Origin: Azolla caroliniana
Taxonomy: Eukaryota > Plantae > Polypodiophyta
DNA: 64,000 bases
Direction of reading: 5' to 3'
Assembly (NCBI GenBank): GCA_043228905.1
Contig: JBHGNT010000017.1
Span: forward strand, 13,392,001 to 13,456,000
Numbering within the stretch: the stretch's first letter is position 1; every line of letters begins with the position of its first letter. A program made the translations under genes and the position numbers. This document shows positions 59,101 through 64,000 of the stretch, piece by piece. Below the pieces are notes generated by a model. That model saw only the letters and a list, made by a program, of their open reading frames with translations. It made no database searches and was not told where the DNA came from.

Positions 59101-61380
59101 GTCGGGTCGGATCGAACGGCCATAGTAAGCACAAGGTACAAGATTGTGGACCGGAAGGTGAGGGCAGTCACAGTTCTCTTGCCGGAGGATAGCTGGGAAC
59201 AGATGAAAGGGGTCGCGGCGTACCCGAGTTTACGGAATCCGGCCAGCATAGGGCACCGGTTCACCGATGAGACAATACGGGAGCTGAAGATCAGTGGGGC
59301 TGGCTTTCTACTACCGGCGGAGGAGAACCAGTTTCGAAGCATGCTCGGAAGGCACAGGAAGGTCTTTGTATTCTCGTCAGGGGAGATCAGGTGCGTCGAC
59401 CCGACAATCATACAGCCAATGGTGATCTTCACGGTACCGCACGTACTATGGAATCTCAAACCGATTCCAGCACTGAGAGCTCACATCCCGAAGCTGATTG
59501 TGCTACTGAAGCAAAAGGTAGAGATGGGTATCCTCGAACCATCGAGCCCCCCCTATTCGAATCGGTGGTTTACGGTGCTGAAGAAGAACGGCATGTTACG
59601 CTTCATACAGGACCTGTAGCCGGTCAATAAGGTGACCATTCGGAACATCGGAATCGGGCCAACCATCGATGAGTTCGCGGAGGCCTTTGCCGGGATACTA
59701 CCAATTCCAACTAGATGTAGAGAGTAGGGATATCATGACGATGCGGACCCCTCTTGGCTTAGTTCGGATGTGTACCCTACCGCAAGGAGGGACCAACTCG
59801 GTGGTGCACATGGTGAATGCAATGAACAAGGTCCTAAGGGACTGCATCCCAGACATCACCATGCCGTTCTTGGATGACATCCTGATCAAGGGATGTCTAG
59901 AGGATGCGAAGGATGGATCGGTCAGACCAGACGGATGTCAGAGGTTTGTCGCGGACCACATCTCCGACTCCGAGAAGATATTGTAGAGGCTTGAGGGCGC
60001 TTGGCTTACCTTCTCCGAGGAGAAGTCAGCTTTCGGACAACCCGAAATCTTATTAGTGGGGCACTTATGCAGGCCATATGACCGGAAACCATCTCTGGCA
60101 AAGGTAGAGGCCATCTCGGTGATGAAGGGGGAATATAAGTTGGTCACAGAAGTCCGGCGATTCCTGGGAGCGTACACCTTCTACCACATTTGGATTTCGC
60201 ACTACACGCACATCGCGGAGCCGTTCTATGGGTTGTTGAAGAAAGGTCATAGGTTTGCATGGAAAGAAGAGCATGCAGAATCGGTTCGGAGACTGAAGGA
60301 AGCGCTAGCCGCGGCACCGGCTCTCCGGAAGGCAATCTACGAGAGAGACGCTCCAATTTACGTGATGGTGGACCCGAGTCCAACCGGAATCGGATGGGTG
60401 GTCAATCAGGAAGGCGAGGACGGCAGGAGGTTCCCCATCTGATTCGGTGCGAAAGTGCTAAGCAAGCGATAGCGAGGATACGCCCAGGTTTAGCGTGAAC
60501 TCTGGATTATCGTTTCGGCAGTCAAGGCCGATAAAGACTACTTGATCGAGATTGAGGTAATAATCGAGACGGACTGCCTACCGATTCTCGGTATGGTTTC
60601 CGGATGCGCGACTCCGGACCTGGACATGCTCAAGTGGATCGCGTACATTAAGTCCCAGAATCCGGAGATTCGGCATGGCCGATATGCTCTCGAGAGCACG
60701 GTTTGACGATGAGGACGGTATGGTGTTCGAAGATGAAGAAGTTGGCGTGGACTTCTTCAAGTCAACTTGAACGTCGGCGGAAAGGGGGAGGACTCCGACC
60801 TTGAACAAATTGAACGAGAGAAAGTACGATAGGGAATGGTTCCAGATCGGTAGGTTTCTGAGTGTGTTGGCACCGGATGCAGCATGGACGAGAGACGAAC
60901 CGAACCGGATCCAGAAGAAGGCCTACCGGTTCTTCCTACGAGGCAGTAGGATATGGAGGCATCCCAAGAAATGAACCGACGCGCCGCCTCGGGTAGTGAT
61001 AGGGGAGAAGGAATAGACCATGTTGTTGATGGAATATCACAAGAGCCCATGGTCCAAACGTGGGCCACCGTCGAGAAGCTAAAAGAGAAGTATTGGTGGC
61101 CATGAATGTATCGTGACGTTCACCACTTCATGACGACGTGCGAGAGCTGTCAAATGCATTCCGGAGTTCGGCATCGCGACGAGCTACACCAGACCTACCC
61201 GCCGACTGTACACTTCAAGTGGATGGTGGATGCCGATGGGGGTAGGACAAATCAGATACTTGGTGCTTGCACGGGAGGATATGACAAACCATGTGGAAGG
61301 CCGGGCACTGCACAACAAGATGACCGTGGTTGTGTGCCGATTCCTGATCGAAGAGGTGGTTTGCCGATACAGGTGTGTGG
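56158..61380 (+). mobile_element. Ty3/gypsy with tRNA-Trp PBS (Phygy/fungal-like), degenerate and truncated
   Basis: Partial LTR ends in CA at 56642, then PBS TGGTGAACCCGACATGA. RT PYSNRWFTV..RFIQDL, LPQGGTNS, PFLDD, then RNase H and start of integrase. Confidence 0.85.
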
Positions 61381-64000
61381 TGTCGTGACTTGAGAATAGG
61401 AGAGAGAAAAATAAGATGACAATAGAAGGTAGAGGGAGAGAGAGAGAAGGAACACTAGAAATGGAAAGAGAGTTTATATTATAAGAGAGCAAGGATTACA
61501 AAGAGTAGGCTAAGGGGCTACAAACTGGTGTTGAACCGAATGAGTTGTGATGAATGAATAGACACCTATTTATAGGTCCTTATGGAGTATTCTAGAATGT
61601 TCTACAATATTTTAGATATTTATGATATTTAATATAATCATGGAATACTCTAGAATGTTCTAGAATACTCTAAATATCTTGTAATAACTAATAATATATT
61701 TATTATAACTATACATCATATATGTTAGTATAATGGTTAAAGGTCTAACATATAGACCTAGATGTCTTGGGCTCGAATCCTTGTAAGGCCAAAATGTATG
61801 TCGTCATGACATTATCCCCCCTTTTCAATGACGAGTTCCATGAGTCAGAAGACAAGATTTCGGACTTGGCTTATGAGGATATTTGTCGTGAAACGCAGCA
61901 ACCATTTCGGAGGTATTAGCAAGATTCTCAAGAGGTTCCCATGTTCGATCATTAGGTGTATAACCTAACCAGTCAACCAAATAATACAATTTGTTGCGAA
62001 CGATCTTGGAGTCGAGAATGGCAGCAACTTCATATTCGAAACCATCTGAAACTTCGATTGGAGGTGGGGGAGATGTAAGACGGCCTGGAATAGAGCTGGT
62101 TGTGTACAGCTCCAAAAGTGAAACATGGAAGACCGGGTGAAGATGCATATGAGGGGGAAGATCAAGGCGAAATGCCACATCATTGATCTTACCAGATATC
62201 ACATATGGGCCAAAATGTTCATAATCCAATTTGCAGCAAGGTCGTGTTGTTTTAATGCGACCTTGTAAAAGCCATACTCGATCTCCCACTTGAAAGGTAG
62301 TCGATGAATCACGTCGATGACGGTCGGCAACCTTCTTTTGAGTGTTTTGAGCATCACATAAATGGTGCAAAAGGATATCTTGAACTTCTTGGAGTCAGGT
62401 GAGCCGATCTTCAGCAGCCGGGTTTGTCGGGAGTTCGGGATGTTCAAGCATAGTCCAACGAGGATGGTACCCAATGTTTGCAAAAAATGGGGAATATCTA
62501 GTAGAAGAATGTTCTGAGTTGTTGTAAGCAAATTCCGCCAAATGTAATAGATCAACCCAATCATCTTGTTGATAGCTGACAAAACAACGAAGATATTGTT
62601 CTACTATTTGCTTGGTGCGCTCACTCTGTCCGTTAGTTTCTGGATGGTAGCCGAAAGAGAGTTTGCAGGAAGTATGTAAGAGTTTGAACATGTGCCGCCA
62701 AAATTTTGAGATGAACTGGGGACCCCAATCACTAATAATATCATCAGGAAGACCATGATGCCGAAACACCTCTCACATGAGTAACTCGGCTGTCTCTTGG
62801 CTCGTAATGGCCTTTGTGCAAGGAAGAAAATGTGTCATCTTGGTAAAACGATCTACTACCGTGAGAATAGAATCAAAACCCTTGGAAGGTGGTAGATCCG
62901 TAATGAAGTCCAATGAAATAGATTTCCATGGACTCTCAGGAATAGGCATTGGCTGTAATAAGCCATATGGATGATGTCGAGGTTTTTTGGATCGGCAACA
63001 TGTATCACAACTACGAACATAATCCGTAACAAAATGGCGAAGTCGTGGCCACCAATACCTTCGAGAAATTAACGCCAAAGTCTTGTGGATGCCAAAATGT
63101 CCAGCCATTGGTGTATCATGACATTGTTGCAAGACTTGGAGTCGAGAAGGACCATCAGGCACATATAAGAGATTTTGTCGAAAAAGTAAACCATCATGCC
63201 AATTGAACTGGTTGTAGTCTTGACGAGGATTTTGAGATTGTGAACAAGAAGCACGATTTGGGATAATATGGTTCAGAATATCTTGGGTGAATTCATCAGT
63301 CTCAATATGCTCCCGAATGGAGTCCAGAAGACTTGAATCCTCGGGTGTGTCTATAGCATGAAAAGCCATTAGTTGTAGACAGTCAGGACCCAAGAGGATT
63401 TGCTTCTAACTTTCAAATGTGGCCTCTGCTGGTTGAAGTTCCATATATGAACGCCGAGATAAAGCATCTGCTTTGCCTTGTTGCGTCCCAGGGCAATATA
63501 GAATTACGAAATCAAAACGAGTTAAAAACTGCGCCCAACGAGCTTGTCGACGACTCAAGACTCGAGCACTTTGGAAGTACGTTAGATTTTTGTGATCATT
63601 ATAGACAATGATTTGTTGAGACGAACCCTTCAAAAAATGACGCCATTGTTGAAAAGAATCCACAATGGCAACAAGCTCTTTGTCGTGAATCTCATAGTTG
63701 ATTTCTGCAGCTTCGAATTTCCGTGAATGAAAAGCCACAGGGTGCAGTTGACCATCATTGCTAATCTGGGATAATACGCTTCCTAGTGCGAAGTCGGATG
63801 CATCAGCTTCCAGTATAAAGCGCTTCAATGGATCAACATGCATCAAAATTGGTGCAGATGTAAATGCTTGCTTTAATCCTTCAAATGCAGAGTTTGCATT
63901 TATACTCCACACAAATGGTTGATTCTTCTGTGTCAGTTGAGTAAGGGGCAATACGATCTTTGAATAATCTTTGATGAACTTGCGATAAAAGTTTGCGAAC
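61381..64000 (-). mobile_element. Ty3/gypsy chromovirus D, 3' part (RH-IN-chromodomain, 3' LTR 61381-61811)
   Basis: EADASDFALG, CHD..AGHFG..CDTC, SLDFITDLP and chromodomain YEVAAILD..YYLVDWLGY. PPT 61812-61825. Confidence 0.93.
61720..61785 (+). promoter_or_regulatory. tRNA-like A/B-box module in the chromovirus D LTR, antisense
   Basis: TAGTATAATGG at 61726 and GGCTCGAATCC at 61770, 44-nt spacing, with internal hairpin AGGTCTA/TAGACCT. Confidence 0.65.

Overview
Repeat-dominated eukaryotic DNA with the element mix of a seed-free land plant. A fern is likely, but that is inference from the retroelement lineages. Two probable host genes are present, both on the minus strand: a RING-HC plus transmembrane protein (3848-4492) and a two-exon DUF688-like gene (31523-33321). 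The rest is nested transposons. These include three RTE-X-like LINEs, an L1-like remnant, a staircase of four truncated Ty1/copia 5' halves, and one very young intact Tork/Tnt1-like copia (17498-22896, TSD GAAAG). There is also a deleted copia, three Tcn1-like chromoviruses, a Trp-primed gypsy, solo LTRs, a Ulp1-carrying DNA-transposon remnant and tRNA-derived SINE-like units. The most notable signals are in the chromovirus cis-architecture: an antisense tRNA-type A/B-box module at the U3 tip of two LTR families, heat-shock elements, Tf1-type self-priming, an LTR whose R-U5 is flipped at the self-primer, and a G_UUA_AAC -1 frameshift signal with an 11-bp stem. All comparisons were made by eye; no database searches were run.
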